DNA of 64,000 nt from Planctomycetota bacterium (GTDB lineage: Bacteria > Planctomycetota > Planctomycetia > Pirellulales > Lacipirellulaceae). Position 1 is the first letter of the stretch. Each line of letters opens with the position of its first letter. The stretch covers positions 7,010 to 71,009 of the forward strand of contig JBCCZD010000001.1 in the NCBI GenBank assembly GCA_039188275.1. The letters run 5' to 3'. Shown in pieces: positions 37,616 to 47,798 of this stretch. A program made the translations under genes and the position numbers. The notes beneath the pieces are model-generated. The model saw only the letters and a list, made by a program, of their open reading frames with translations. It made no database searches and was not told the DNA's origin.

Positions 37616-37684
37616 ACCGGTGATGCCGGCGGCGTTTGCGCCGGCGTTCTGCTAGCAGGGGGGCCTGCCAGCAACGATGGCCCG

Positions 37685-38935
37685 ATGACGCGCGGCCCCG
37701 CTCTCCTGCACTGGACGCTCCTCTCCGCGGCGTGCCTGCTCGGCGCGTCCGGCTGCACGCTGTTGCTGCCCGAGGTGTCGCACCAGCCGCTGCTGCACAA
37801 CCCTTTCCCGCAGCTCAGCCGCGTCGCGGTGGCGCCCTTCTTCAACCAGAGTGACGAGCCGACCGTCGACGGCCGGCAGTTCGCCATGGCCTACTACGCG
37901 GAGCTGCAGGGCGTGCCCGGCTTCGAAGTCGTGCCCCTTGGCGTCGTCGAGGAGGCGATCCTCCAGCACGCCATCGACCTGTCGAGCCCCGGCGAAGCGC
38001 GCCGGCTGGCCGAGGTGCTCGGCGTCGACGCGGTGCTGATCGGGTCGGTCACCGACTACACCCCGTACTACCCGCCGCGGTGCGGCCTGCGCGTCGAGTG
38101 GTACGCGGCGAACCCCGGCTTCCACGAGATCCCCGCCGGCTACGGCCTGCCCTGGGGCACGCCCGACGAGGAGTACATCCCGGAGGAGCTCGTTTTCGAA
38201 GCGGAGATGGCGCTCGCCCGCGAGCAGCTCAAGACTCAAACGCCCGATTGCGGCGCGGGGTGCGAATCGCTGGTGGCGCCACCGGGGTTCGATGAGCCAC
38301 ACCACGCGCAGCCGATCCCGACAACGGACCCGACCTACCGTGACGCCCGGGGCGTGCAGCGCGGCCCGGCGACCGAGTGGCTGCCGCCGCCACCCGACGC
38401 CGACGGGGTTGATCCCGGCGAAGCCGATCCAAGCCACGGCGGTGGCGGTGGTGGCGGAGCCCGCGGCGATGGCGACAAGTCGGCGTGGAACGCGCGGCCC
38501 GGCGTCGTGCTGGCGCAGCACGCGACCGCGCACCGCACGCACTTCGTCGATAGCAACGCCACCGGCCCGACAACCGCGCCGTGCGGCCCTTTCGACACAA
38601 CCGGCGCCACGCAATTGCCGCTTGTTGGTTGGCCCGACGCGCGGGGCTTCACCCCCGCCGGCCCCAGCCCGACCCGGCCGCCGTGCGTGCCGACGCTCGG
38701 TCCGGTCATGACGCATACGCGGGTCTACCGGGGCCACGACCCCGATTTCACTTCGGCTCTTGCCAGTTATGTCAGTTTTCGCGACGACGCGCGGTTCGGC
38801 GGCTGGCAGTCTTACCTCGAGCGGAGCGACGACTTCATCCGCTTCTGCGCCCACCTCCACCTGGCGGAAACGCTTACCGCGCGCGGCGGCGGGGGTGAAA
38901 CGCGGGTGGTGAGCCGCTGGCCCGACAGCCGATAG
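37685..38935 (+). CDS. hypothetical lipoprotein
   Basis: Signal peptide with lipobox LLGASGC. N-terminal alpha/beta module (VAVAPFFNQS...VLIGSVTDY). Gly/Pro-rich middle region. Confidence 0.7.
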   Translation: MTRGPALLHWTLLSAACLLGASGCTLLLPEVSHQPLLHNPFPQLSRVAVAPFFNQSDEPTVDGRQFAMAYYAELQGVPGFEVVPLGVVEEAILQHAIDLSSPGEARRLAEVLGVDAVLIGSVTDYTPYYPPRCGLRVEWYAANPGFHEIPAGYGLPWGTPDEEYIPEELVFEAEMALAREQLKTQTPDCGAGCESLVAPPGFDEPHHAQPIPTTDPTYRDARGVQRGPATEWLPPPPDADGVDPGEADPSHGGGGGGGARGDGDKSAWNARPGVVLAQHATAHRTHFVDSNATGPTTAPCGPFDTTGATQLPLVGWPDARGFTPAGPSPTRPPCVPTLGPVMTHTRVYRGHDPDFTSALASYVSFRDDARFGGWQSYLERSDDFIRFCAHLHLAETLTARGGGGETRVVSRWPDSR

Positions 38936-39073
38936 GCAACTTCTGCAGAGCCGCGTTCCCCGCGCGTCTCCGCGGCGCCGCTGCCAGCACGGAATGCTGC
39001 GGCGGCCGCTGCGTGAAGAGCCCCGCTCTGCGCCCGCCGCCCCGCACTACCGCCGCCGCACGGAGGCCCCGTC

Positions 39074-39310
39074 GTGAACGACGACGTCAACGTCCTCGCC
39101 CTGGTTAAGGGCAAAGAACGCTACATCTTCCTGTACGATGACACGCAGCAAGCCCAGGCGCTGCGGATGCTCGGCAGGCACGCGTCGAACCCCGAGCTCA
39201 GCTTCAACTGGCACGACGCCGCGGTGCTGAGCAAGAAGATCCGTGCCGAGGCCAAGCGCAACGCCCCACGCTTCACCGAGGTGGACGCCGACATCCGTGT
39301 CGAAGAGTAG
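39074..39310 (+). CDS. small hypothetical protein (78 aa)
   Basis: GTG-started ORF with balanced composition directly upstream of the recombinase gene. Confidence 0.45.
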   Translation: MNDDVNVLALVKGKERYIFLYDDTQQAQALRMLGRHASNPELSFNWHDAAVLSKKIRAEAKRNAPRFTEVDADIRVEE

Positions 39311-39388
39311 TGTTGAAGTACGCGGGGGTGAAGGCAAGACGCCGGTCACCGCCAACTCTCTTCAAACCCGCCACCTAGCGCTCCGCGA

Positions 39389-40297
39389 ATGCGTCGACAG
39401 CTCGGGCAATTCCTGCGTTACCTCGAGGTCGAACGCGGCGCCTCGGAGCACACCATCAAGGCGTACCGCGAGGACCTAACGGCCCTGGCCGACTACCTCG
39501 CCGAAGAGGACGGCGGCTCGCCCGCGCCAGCGTCGATCACGACCGGCGAACTCCGCGGGTTCCTCGCCTCGCTGCACGACGCCGGCTTCGCGAAGACCTC
39601 CATCGCCCGGCGGCTTTCGTCGGTCCGCAGCTTCTTCCGCTTCGCCCAGCGCGAGGGTTGGGTCGACGGCAACCCGGCCCGCCCCCTCCGCAGCCCGCGG
39701 AAGGCCCGCAAGCTGCCGCACTTCTTGTCGACCGACGAGATCGGGCGGCTGCTCTCGGCGCCACCCGTCGACCGGCAAGCGGGCAAGCGGGACCGGGCGA
39801 TGCTCGAGGTGCTCTACTCGGCCGGCCTGCGGGTCAGCGAGCTCGTCGCCCTGAATGACGAAGACCTCGACGCCGAGCAGGGTGTCGTCCGCGTGCGAGG
39901 CAAGGGCCGCAAGGAGCGCCTCGCGCCGATCGGGTCGTACGCCCGCAGCGCCCTGGACGCGTGGCTTGCGGTGCGGCGGCCGGCGGCCGAGTTCCTCACG
40001 CCCAGCCCCTCGCCCCTCACGCCGGTCTTCACCAACAAGTTTGGCAAGCGGATCACGACGCGGAGCGTAGCGCGGATGCTCGAGAAGTACCTCCGCCAAG
40101 CGGCGCTCGACGGGCGGACGTCGCCGCACACGCTGCGGCACAGCTTCGCGACGCACCTGCTGGACGCGGGCGCCGACATCCGCAGCGTGCAAGAGCTGCT
40201 CGGCCACGCCAGCCTGGTGACGACGCAGATCTACACCCACGTCAGCACCGCCAGCCTACGAGCGGCCTACGAGAAGGCCCACCCCCGCGCGGGGTGA
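39389..40297 (+). CDS. tyrosine recombinase, XerC/XerD type
   Basis: N-terminal SAM-like domain (YLEVERGASEHTIKAYREDL). Catalytic region has LLYSAGLRVSEL, HTLRHSFATHLL and LLGHASLVTTQIYTHV. Confidence 0.9.
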   Translation: MRRQLGQFLRYLEVERGASEHTIKAYREDLTALADYLAEEDGGSPAPASITTGELRGFLASLHDAGFAKTSIARRLSSVRSFFRFAQREGWVDGNPARPLRSPRKARKLPHFLSTDEIGRLLSAPPVDRQAGKRDRAMLEVLYSAGLRVSELVALNDEDLDAEQGVVRVRGKGRKERLAPIGSYARSALDAWLAVRRPAAEFLTPSPSPLTPVFTNKFGKRITTRSVARMLEKYLRQAALDGRTSPHTLRHSFATHLLDAGADIRSVQELLGHASLVTTQIYTHVSTASLRAAYEKAHPRAG

Positions 40298-40321
40298 CGC
40301 GGCGGCTGAGCGCCGGTTTTC

Positions 40322-43300
40322 CTATTGCTCAGCAGAGCCGTTTGGCCACGCGGTGGCGGGCGCGCCCTGCTCGGCCGCTTGGCGGACCGTGCGGGCCGCC
40401 TCTCGCAGCGAGTCGCCGCGGTTCAGCCCGCGGGCCTGCCAGTTCCGCTCCATCTCTTCCGAGTTCTCCCACCACGGCGTTTCGGCGGTCGATGGAAGCC
40501 GGCCATTCTTCTTCTCGAAGTCCCGGGCCCAGGCGGCTCGCTGCTCGGTAATGTCGGTCCTGGCGGTAAGCGAGTTGATCCCGCCGTAGTAGCGGCTTCT
40601 GCGTTGAGAAACCGCCGCCTGCTGCGGCGCTGGCTTCGCCGCTGCCGCTGCTACGGGCGTTGCGGGGCTTGGCTTCGTTGTCGTCGGGGCCCTGTCGGGT
40701 TTGACCTCTTGAGTCGCTACAGAAGTTGGCTTTCGGTCTGAGTCCGCCGGGGCGGGCGGTTGGGAAGAGCCCGCGCTATTGGTCGAAGTCGGCTCCGGGT
40801 CTCTGCTCCCACGCCACCACGTTCTCGAACCGTCGCCTCGACGAGTCATCGAGTTCTGCGAACTGTAAGTCCGCTGGCTGTTGCCGTAGCCGTTCACGAC
40901 ACGCGATCGCCAGTTGTGCTGCATCTCGCGTTGGTTCTCCCACCAAGGGGTTTCCATCACCGTTGGCGCCCGGCCATTCTTGCGCTGGAAGTCGTCCGCC
41001 CAATTCTGCCGTCTTTGCGTCTTGGCGGTATCCCACGTAGCGGTATTGATGCCGCTGCCGCTGCGCGAGCCGGTCGCCGAAGAGAGCTGACTTCGTTCAG
41101 CCGAAAACGTCGTCGTTGGGGAGGGTGCAGACCGCAGAGGGGAAGCCGTCGGGAATGGTGAAGGGGCGGACGGCTTGACGGCTGGCCGCCCAATGCCCAG
41201 GGCGTCCGCCTGGGCCCAGCCCTTCTTGCTGGTGTCGAGGTCGACCGACGAAACGTAGTACCAGGCCGCGTCTCCGCCTGGCCGGATATGGGAAATGAGA
41301 ACCGTTTCATCGCGTCGAGCGACGCCGGTCACCTCTGACTTCGTCTTGAGCGGGACCGCGTCAACCTTGACCAGCAGCGTAACGCCCGACCGCCCGGCGG
41401 CTTTGTAGTCGACCAAGGCTAACGCGATGTCGTTTGGCGTAGCCCTTTCGAGATAAGCCCTTCCCCGCCAGACGTGAACCAGGCTCCGCTGGGCGTCGGT
41501 GAGGTCTTGCTCAAGCAGCCCTCCGTAGGCGGCGAACAGCTTATCGCTAAGGCCGTGCTCTCGGCGGAGGCTCACGACCTGAGCCGACACGCTCGGCGGC
41601 GTCGACTCGCTGGTCGCGGGCGTCGCGTCGTCGCCCGCCAACCCGGCGGCGGGCGCGGTCTCTGGCGGCGGCAGCGCGTCGCCGCCTGCGGAGGCAACCT
41701 TGGGGCCCTCGGAAGCGTCGTCGCTCGAAGACGCACCGCTCGAAGACGCACCGCTCGAAGACGCACCGCCCGGCGACCCAGCACCCGGCGACCCAGCACC
41801 CGGCGACTCAGCACCCAAGACTACGGCGGCGGGCGCGGCCGGGTCTCCGGCGGCGTCGGCGACCAAAGGCGACTCCGTTTGCGAAGGGATTGCCGGCACG
41901 GCCGGGTCGTCGGGCGACTGCTCGCTCAGTTCTTCCAGCAGCTGCGCGACCTGCTCGGTTGCCTGCTTGAGTTTCAGGTTCGACTGCTCGAGCCGCTCTT
42001 GCTCCTCTCGGAGCTCGATCGTTTGCTCGCGGTAGTCGCTCGCTTTGTCGGAGAGCTGCTGGTTGGCGGAGGCCAACTCCACGGTCTTCGCTTCGAGCTC
42101 GGCGGCCATCTGCTCGGCCTGCTCGACGGCTTGCTCGGCCCGCGCGACCGCCTGCTCGGCGAGGTGGCGTTCGTGGTCCGCTTCGAGCCACAAGCGGGAA
42201 ACCAAGCCGGTCGCCCCCGCCAGCAGCATGACGACCGTCGCCATCCACCCCACGGCGGAACGGTTCCGCTGGCACCAGCGGTAGGCCCGGTAGCCGGGGC
42301 TGGCGGGGCGGGCGTGGATCGGCTTCGCGTCCGCCCAGCGGCGGAGCTCCGCGGCGACCTCGCCGGCGTTCTTGTACCGGCGTTGCGGCGACTTCTCCAG
42401 GCACTTCAGCGTGATCGTTTCGAGGTCTCGCGAGACGTTGGCGTTGAGCGTCCGCGGGCTCGGCGGCTCGTCGTTCACGACCTGGTGCAGCAGCATCCGC
42501 GTGCTGCCGCGGAAGGGGAGCTCGCCGGTCAGCAGCTGGAAGAGCACGACGCCCAGCGAGTAGACGTCGCTGGCGGGCGCCGCGGTGTTGCCGTCGCCCT
42601 GGGCCTGTTCGGGTGACATGTACGCCGGGGTGCCGACAAGCTGGCCGCTGAGCGTGACCGTCGCGTCGGCCGCGTCGCGGCGGGCGAGTCCGAAGTCCAT
42701 GATCCGCGGCTCGCCGTCGCCGCCGATCATGATGTTGCCCGGCTTGAGGTCGCGGTGAACGACGCCCCGTTCGTGGGCGTGGCCGAGCGCCAAGGCGACC
42801 CGCTCGCACAGCTCGGCGGCCTCGCGGGTGGTCAGCTGCTGCCCAGTGAGCCAGTCGGCGAGCGAGACGCCCCGCACGTACTCGCTGACGATGTAGAGGG
42901 TGTCGTCCTCGCGGCCGACCTCGTAAACCGGGACGATGCCCGGGTGGCTGAGGCTTGCCGCGTGCTGGGCCTCGCGGATGAAGGCCCGCTCTTGCGACTC
43001 GTCGAGGCCGCTCCGGCGCGGGATCTTCACCGCGACCGTTCGGTTGAGCGACGTGTCGTGCGCCTTCCAGACCGACCCGAAGGCGCCCATGCCGACCCGC
43101 TCGATCAGGCGGAACTGGCCGACCTGCGTCACCGCGCCCGCGAGGTGCGTTTCGTTCTTGTCGTCCAGCAGGCTGAAGGCGCTCCCGCACTGGGGGCACC
43201 CGATGCTCTCCAGCTCGGCGTCCGGCGTGATCGAGACGGGACTTTGGCAGTGGGGGCAACGGACGTTGAGGCCCTTGCTCGATCCCTTGCTGCCGCCGGT

Positions 43301-43636
43301 GTCCTGCTCCGCCCGCTCGGTCCGCTGATCGATGGTCGCAATGTCGCGGGCGATGATCGACTGGATTTCGTCGGCAAACTCGGGGTTCGCGGCGACCAGT
43401 TCGCCCGAGGGGTCGGCCGAGCGCCGCTCGCCCAGCCGCTTGAGCGCCGAGCCGACGAGCCGCTCCAACAGCGGCGCGCGGTTGATTTCATCAACCTGGG
43501 CAAGGTAGCTGGCAAAACGCAGCTCGCCGGTGCCGGCCGACTCGAAGGCGTCGATCAGCGTCGCGACCGGGTCGGACCGCATCGCCCCCGCAGGCGACGC
43601 GGTTTCGACGGCCGAGATTCGAGGGGCGGGGTTCAT
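40322..43636 (-). CDS. membrane Ser/Thr protein kinase with a large extracytoplasmic region
   Basis: Zinc ribbon CPHC...CPQC. Kinase motifs VAVKIPR, HRDLKPGNIM, DFGLAR and GTPAYMSPE. A TM helix, a coiled coil, low-complexity repeats, an SH3-like stretch, and two C-terminal ~45-aa repeats. Confidence 0.88.
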   Translation of the reverse strand: MNPAPRISAVETASPAGAMRSDPVATLIDAFESAGTGELRFASYLAQVDEINRAPLLERLVGSALKRLGERRSADPSGELVAANPEFADEIQSIIARDIATIDQRTERAEQDTGGSKGSSKGLNVRCPHCQSPVSITPDAELESIGCPQCGSAFSLLDDKNETHLAGAVTQVGQFRLIERVGMGAFGSVWKAHDTSLNRTVAVKIPRRSGLDESQERAFIREAQHAASLSHPGIVPVYEVGREDDTLYIVSEYVRGVSLADWLTGQQLTTREAAELCERVALALGHAHERGVVHRDLKPGNIMIGGDGEPRIMDFGLARRDAADATVTLSGQLVGTPAYMSPEQAQGDGNTAAPASDVYSLGVVLFQLLTGELPFRGSTRMLLHQVVNDEPPSPRTLNANVSRDLETITLKCLEKSPQRRYKNAGEVAAELRRWADAKPIHARPASPGYRAYRWCQRNRSAVGWMATVVMLLAGATGLVSRLWLEADHERHLAEQAVARAEQAVEQAEQMAAELEAKTVELASANQQLSDKASDYREQTIELREEQERLEQSNLKLKQATEQVAQLLEELSEQSPDDPAVPAIPSQTESPLVADAAGDPAAPAAVVLGAESPGAGSPGAGSPGGASSSGASSSGASSSDDASEGPKVASAGGDALPPPETAPAAGLAGDDATPATSESTPPSVSAQVVSLRREHGLSDKLFAAYGGLLEQDLTDAQRSLVHVWRGRAYLERATPNDIALALVDYKAAGRSGVTLLVKVDAVPLKTKSEVTGVARRDETVLISHIRPGGDAAWYYVSSVDLDTSKKGWAQADALGIGRPAVKPSAPSPFPTASPLRSAPSPTTTFSAERSQLSSATGSRSGSGINTATWDTAKTQRRQNWADDFQRKNGRAPTVMETPWWENQREMQHNWRSRVVNGYGNSQRTYSSQNSMTRRGDGSRTWWRGSRDPEPTSTNSAGSSQPPAPADSDRKPTSVATQEVKPDRAPTTTKPSPATPVAAAAAKPAPQQAAVSQRRSRYYGGINSLTARTDITEQRAAWARDFEKKNGRLPSTAETPWWENSEEMERNWQARGLNRGDSLREAARTVRQAAEQGAPATAWPNGSAEQ
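41721..41816. repeat. two adjacent 15-bp tandem repeat families, three copies each, in frame inside the kinase gene
   Basis: (ccgctcgaagacgca)x3 followed by (gcacccggcgaccca)x3. On the minus strand these encode GAGSP and GASSS pentapeptide runs. Confidence 0.95.
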
Positions 43637-43898
43637 AGCGTGCGAGGGTCTGCACCGGGGAGGCGTTCGCATCGGGAGTGGGCCGTCTGCTCAGAACAAC
43701 GCCTCAGAGGAAACAATCTTCGGAAATCCGGGCCAGAAATCAACGGTTTCTGTCTGGAAAATCCCTTGCCGCGTGGCGAGTCGCCGCAAGACCCAACCAC
43801 GTGAAGCAAGCAGGCCAATCATCGGAAGCAAGCAGGATTCGGTGCGGGCCCAATACGGAGCAACTTCGCCTCCTCGGCGGAGCTTGGGGCTTGCCGGG

Positions 43899-46010
43899 CT
43901 ACTCGACTCGACGACGGGGCAGGCCAATTGCGACCGCCGCCAGCAGGCTCACCGCCGTTGGCTCGGGCACGGCGACGCCGAACACGCCGATGCGAATCTC
44001 GCCGGTGTCCAGGAAGCCGTCCGCCGTCCAGCCGATCGGCTGACCGGTGAAGACGAGCGGGGCGTCGGTGAAGTCGAACGCCACGCTGCCGCCTAACACG
44101 CCGCCCAGGTCTAACCGCGGGTCGATGATCTGGAACGACTGCGGTGGGGTCTCGGCCGGGACACCGTCGACCCAGGCCAGCTCGATCGTGCCGTTCAGCT
44201 CCGCGAACCCACCGCCGACCACCAGCAGGTCGGCCTCGCCGGTCGCGGCGTCGAGCTCGATGTGGAGCGTGGCGCCGGGCTGCTGGGCGTAGATGCCCTC
44301 GACGGTTACCGTGCCCAGCTCGCCGGCGCCGCCGGGGGCGAGCGTGCCGCCCACGTGGTTCAGGCCCGGGTCGAAGACCCCGCTGCCGAAGTCGAGCGTG
44401 CCGTCCAGGACGCCGCCGTCGGCGACCTCGACCGTGCCCGCGTCGATCACGGCGAGCGGCACCGGTTGGGGCGAAGCGAACGACTGCCGCCCGGTGCCGA
44501 CCTTCGTCAGGTTCGCGCCGCCGCTGAACGTCCCGGTGAAGGGCGTAAAGCTACTGTCGAAGTTGCGACCGATGTTCGCGTCGGCGTTCAGCAAGACGCT
44601 GCCGTCGCCCGAGAGGACGCCGAGCGAGATGTTTGTCGCGCCGGTGATGATTGAGAGCGTGCCCCCTTCGAGCCGCGTCTGGGCCGCGGCGTACTGGCCG
44701 GAGACGCTCACCGCGCCGCCCTCGCCAAGCTTCACCTCGGTGGCCGAAAGGTTGCCGTCGGTGGCGACCTCCAACCGGCCCCCCTCGGCGATGTCGATCC
44801 CGCCGGTTGCCGCGGAGAGCGTGCCGCCGGCGACCTCGAGTTTCGCCTGGGCGAGGAAGTTGTCTTCGCCCTGGCCGCGGAGGTAGAGCGCCGCCCGGCC
44901 GATGCCCACGGCGTTGGGGTCGCCGGTCAGCGAGTAGCGGCCGCCGCCCAGGTTGAGCTGCGTCACCTGCGAGCCGGTCGGCGTGATGCGGAGCGCCCGG
45001 TTGGTGGTCTGGTCGGCGGCGAGGGTGATCGGGATGCCGGCGGTTTGCGAGGTCGACAGGCTGGGGTCGATCGCCACCACGCCGCCCGTGCCGGGGACGC
45101 CGGCCGACCAGTTGGCGGGGTCCTCAAACGCCCCGCCGGCGCCGCTGGTCCACAGCGAGGTGGGCAGCGGGCCGACGACCGCCGGGTCGTCTAGTTGGTC
45201 CCGCCACACGGTGTAGTCGGCGGCGTCGATCTGCCCGTCGCCGTTGCCGTCGGCGCCGGCCCACGGATCGACCGTTAGGCCGAAGTCTTGCCGCCACGTT
45301 TGGTAGTCGCTCGGCGCGGTGACGCCGTCGCCGTCGAAGTCACCGAACGCGGACGGCGGTGTCGGGACGGTGAATGCGGGGCTGATCGCGTAAAGGCGGG
45401 CGGTTTCGTTGCAAGATGCGTTGGCAGCTGACGACCAAGACCCGGCTGTAGTGCCGATACCACCAACGAGGCCCGAAGCCACGCTCGCGTTGTTCGTCCA
45501 ATTGTCCCCACACGTTGAGCCGCTTCGCCGTCCGTCCGAACCCGTTCCCGTCCACACTTCCGTCGTCCCACTCGCAATTACCTCCCCGAACTCATCCACG
45601 TTCAGCGGCACGTTGATCTGCCCGTCGAAGAAGTCGGCCTCGCTATCGGCTACGCGGTCGCCCAGCAGGTTGTAGACCGGGCCCTGGATGCCGACGCGGT
45701 CGATGGCGTCCTCGTCGTCGTTGGAGATCACCGCCCGCCACTCGGGATCTTGGAAGTCCCAGCCGGAGAGCAGGCCGGCGCTGAAGGCGTTGAAGGTGAC
45801 CACCCAGTCCGCCGCGTCCACGCCACCGAACGCCGGGAAGTTGCCCGGCGGCACCGACGTGCTGCCGGTGATGCCGTGCGTGGTGCTGGTGGTGAAGGTC
45901 AGGTGGTAGGTCTCGCCCGGCGCCAGCCCCGGCGGCACCAACTGCGCAGCCGATTGCCCGGCGACCAGCGTGGCAAGAACGGCGGCCAGCAGCGGTTGGT
46001 GTTGCGTCAT
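43899..46010 (-). CDS. PEP-CTERM protein with an endostatin/DUF1554-like N-domain, dockerin-like repeats and beta-helix repeats
   Basis: Signal peptide, DFDGDGVTAPSDYQTWR / DGNGDGQIDAADYTVWR, a long G/T/L-rich repeat region, and C-terminus VPEPTAVSLLAAVAIGLPRRRVE. ATG 46010. Confidence 0.8.
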   Translation of the reverse strand: MTQHQPLLAAVLATLVAGQSAAQLVPPGLAPGETYHLTFTTSTTHGITGSTSVPPGNFPAFGGVDAADWVVTFNAFSAGLLSGWDFQDPEWRAVISNDDEDAIDRVGIQGPVYNLLGDRVADSEADFFDGQINVPLNVDEFGEVIASGTTEVWTGTGSDGRRSGSTCGDNWTNNASVASGLVGGIGTTAGSWSSAANASCNETARLYAISPAFTVPTPPSAFGDFDGDGVTAPSDYQTWRQDFGLTVDPWAGADGNGDGQIDAADYTVWRDQLDDPAVVGPLPTSLWTSGAGGAFEDPANWSAGVPGTGGVVAIDPSLSTSQTAGIPITLAADQTTNRALRITPTGSQVTQLNLGGGRYSLTGDPNAVGIGRAALYLRGQGEDNFLAQAKLEVAGGTLSAATGGIDIAEGGRLEVATDGNLSATEVKLGEGGAVSVSGQYAAAQTRLEGGTLSIITGATNISLGVLSGDGSVLLNADANIGRNFDSSFTPFTGTFSGGANLTKVGTGRQSFASPQPVPLAVIDAGTVEVADGGVLDGTLDFGSGVFDPGLNHVGGTLAPGGAGELGTVTVEGIYAQQPGATLHIELDAATGEADLLVVGGGFAELNGTIELAWVDGVPAETPPQSFQIIDPRLDLGGVLGGSVAFDFTDAPLVFTGQPIGWTADGFLDTGEIRIGVFGVAVPEPTAVSLLAAVAIGLPRRRVE

Positions 46011-46240
46011 GCGGGCGAGCGTAAGCCCGCTCGTGAGCAGGGTCAAACAACCGGGGCGCACGGAAAACGCACGGCCGCAGCCGTAGGCCCGGCTCGACCG
46101 AAGGGAGCTCCGGCAAACCCCGCCGAGCAGGTCACCCCAAACGTGACGCCCAGCCGGAGCTGCGCTCACGTTTGATCCGGCCTACGTGCTCAATCCAAGC
46201 AACACGTGGCGTAACGTCGTCCCCCGGCGGAGCCGGGGGC

Positions 46241-46798
46241 TTACAAGCCGACTTTGGGCGCCAGGCGCGCCTGCTCGCCCGCGTCGAAGTAGTCGGCCCG
46301 CTCGAAGCCGAACAGGCCGGCAATCAGGTTGGTGGGGAACGCCTGGCAGAGTTCGTTCAGGTCGCGGACGTTGCCGTTGTAGAACCGCCGGGCCGCGGCG
46401 ATGCGGTCCTCGGTCAGGGCGAGTTCCCGCTGCAACGCCAAGAAGTGCGTGTCCGCCTTCAGGTCGGGGTACGCCTCGGCGACGGCCAGCAGCTTCTCGA
46501 CGCCGATCGCCAGAGCCGACTCGTCCACGGCCTGCATCGCCGCCGAGCCGTGCGGCTGAGCCGCGCGGTCGCGGAGCCGCGTCACCTCCTCCAGGACGGC
46601 GCGCTCGTGAGCGGCGTAGCCCTTGACCGTCTCGACAAGGTTGGGCACCAGCTCGTAGCGTCGCTTGAGTTCGACGTCGATGTCCGACCAACTTTCGCGA
46701 AGGTGCGCCCGGACCGCCACGAAGCGGTTGTAGTTGACAACGACGTAGACCGCCAGCAGGAGCAGGACAACGGCGACGATGATCGGAAGGGGGCCCAT
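46241..46798 (-). CDS. lemA: LemA family protein
   Basis: N-terminal TM helix then NRFVAVRAHLRESWSDIDVELKRRYELVPNLV. Confidence 0.9.
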   Translation of the reverse strand: MGPLPIIVAVVLLLLAVYVVVNYNRFVAVRAHLRESWSDIDVELKRRYELVPNLVETVKGYAAHERAVLEEVTRLRDRAAQPHGSAAMQAVDESALAIGVEKLLAVAEAYPDLKADTHFLALQRELALTEDRIAAARRFYNGNVRDLNELCQAFPTNLIAGLFGFERADYFDAGEQARLAPKVGL

Positions 46799-46857
46799 AA
46801 GACTCCGGCTGTTGGTGACTCGATCGGGGGCAGGAGCGGCCGCCGGCTGACTGACGG

Positions 46858-46950
46858 TTGAAAAACGCTCTCCAGGCGTTTTTCAACCTCGCCAAGCTCG
46901 GAGCAAGCTCCTCGCGGCTCGCAAAACGTCGGCTTCTGGCCGGCGTTTTG
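46858..46950 (-). repeat. structured dispersed repeat, copy B (inverted relative to copy A)
   Basis: The reverse complement aligns with 1233..1327 over the full length. It lies between the DUF3137-like gene and lemA. Confidence 0.85.
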
Positions 46951-46999
46951 ACGCCGCCTTCCCGGCGAGGAAGCAGCCCGCCCGTAAATCAACCGGCTG

Positions 47000-47710
47000 C
47001 TACGTCGCGAGCAGGTGGCGAGGCCACAGCGCGAAGAAGCCGCTCGCCCACCGCATCCGCATCTTAAACTCGTGCGGCTCCCACCGGCTGCCGCTGCCGT
47101 ACAGGCACAGCACGCCGCGGTCGATCTCGATGGTCGGCGTCGGGCCGTTCATGAGGAACTCCATCATCCGCGGGTGGATCACGTCGTACGCGAACCGCTT
47201 GTCGCGGCTCTTGACCCAGAAGCGGTCGCTGAACTCGGCCGACTCGAAGTCGATGTCGTCGAACCCCATGGCGGCCTTCATCTTGTCGCCCCAGTTCTCC
47301 CGCTTGATCCGCAGGTCGTGGCCCGCGGTCGTTGGCGCCATGATCATCAGGTAGCTGAAGCGGTAGGTCGTGGTGGTGCGGTTCTTGCCGCTGCCGCTGG
47401 TGACGGTGTAGTGGTAGTCGCCCGCCTGGGCGTGCAGGTTGCATTCCTCGGCCGCTCCGGTGGCCAGCAGCAGGGAACCGCGCAGCGAGTTGTGGGCGTA
47501 CCGCGAATCGCCCCGGCGGAAGCAATCGAACTGCGGGAAGCGGTCGTCGAGCGTGCGGTCGGTCGTCGGGTCGAACTCCCACCCGAGCTCTAGCGCGAAC
47601 GCCGCGAGCAGCTCCCGGCGCTTCTTCTCTTGCAGGTGCGCGTAATACGCGATCCCGCCGAAAGCCGCGACGAGCGCCGCGATGATCAGTAGGGTGGTGA
47701 ATAAGTCCAT
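47000..47710 (-). CDS. DUF3137-like membrane-anchored protein (usual LemA neighbour)
   Basis: N-terminal TM helix MDLFTTLLIIAALVAAFGGIAYY. Position directly upstream of lemA. ATG 47710. Confidence 0.65.
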   Translation of the reverse strand: MDLFTTLLIIAALVAAFGGIAYYAHLQEKKRRELLAAFALELGWEFDPTTDRTLDDRFPQFDCFRRGDSRYAHNSLRGSLLLATGAAEECNLHAQAGDYHYTVTSGSGKNRTTTTYRFSYLMIMAPTTAGHDLRIKRENWGDKMKAAMGFDDIDFESAEFSDRFWVKSRDKRFAYDVIHPRMMEFLMNGPTPTIEIDRGVLCLYGSGSRWEPHEFKMRMRWASGFFALWPRHLLAT

Positions 47711-47798
47711 TGCGAGCGCGTCTTCGTCGTGCGGTGGCCGATCTTGCCGCCTGAGGGCGCCCGGCCCGCCGTAAGCATAGCGACTCGCGCTGCCCGCT

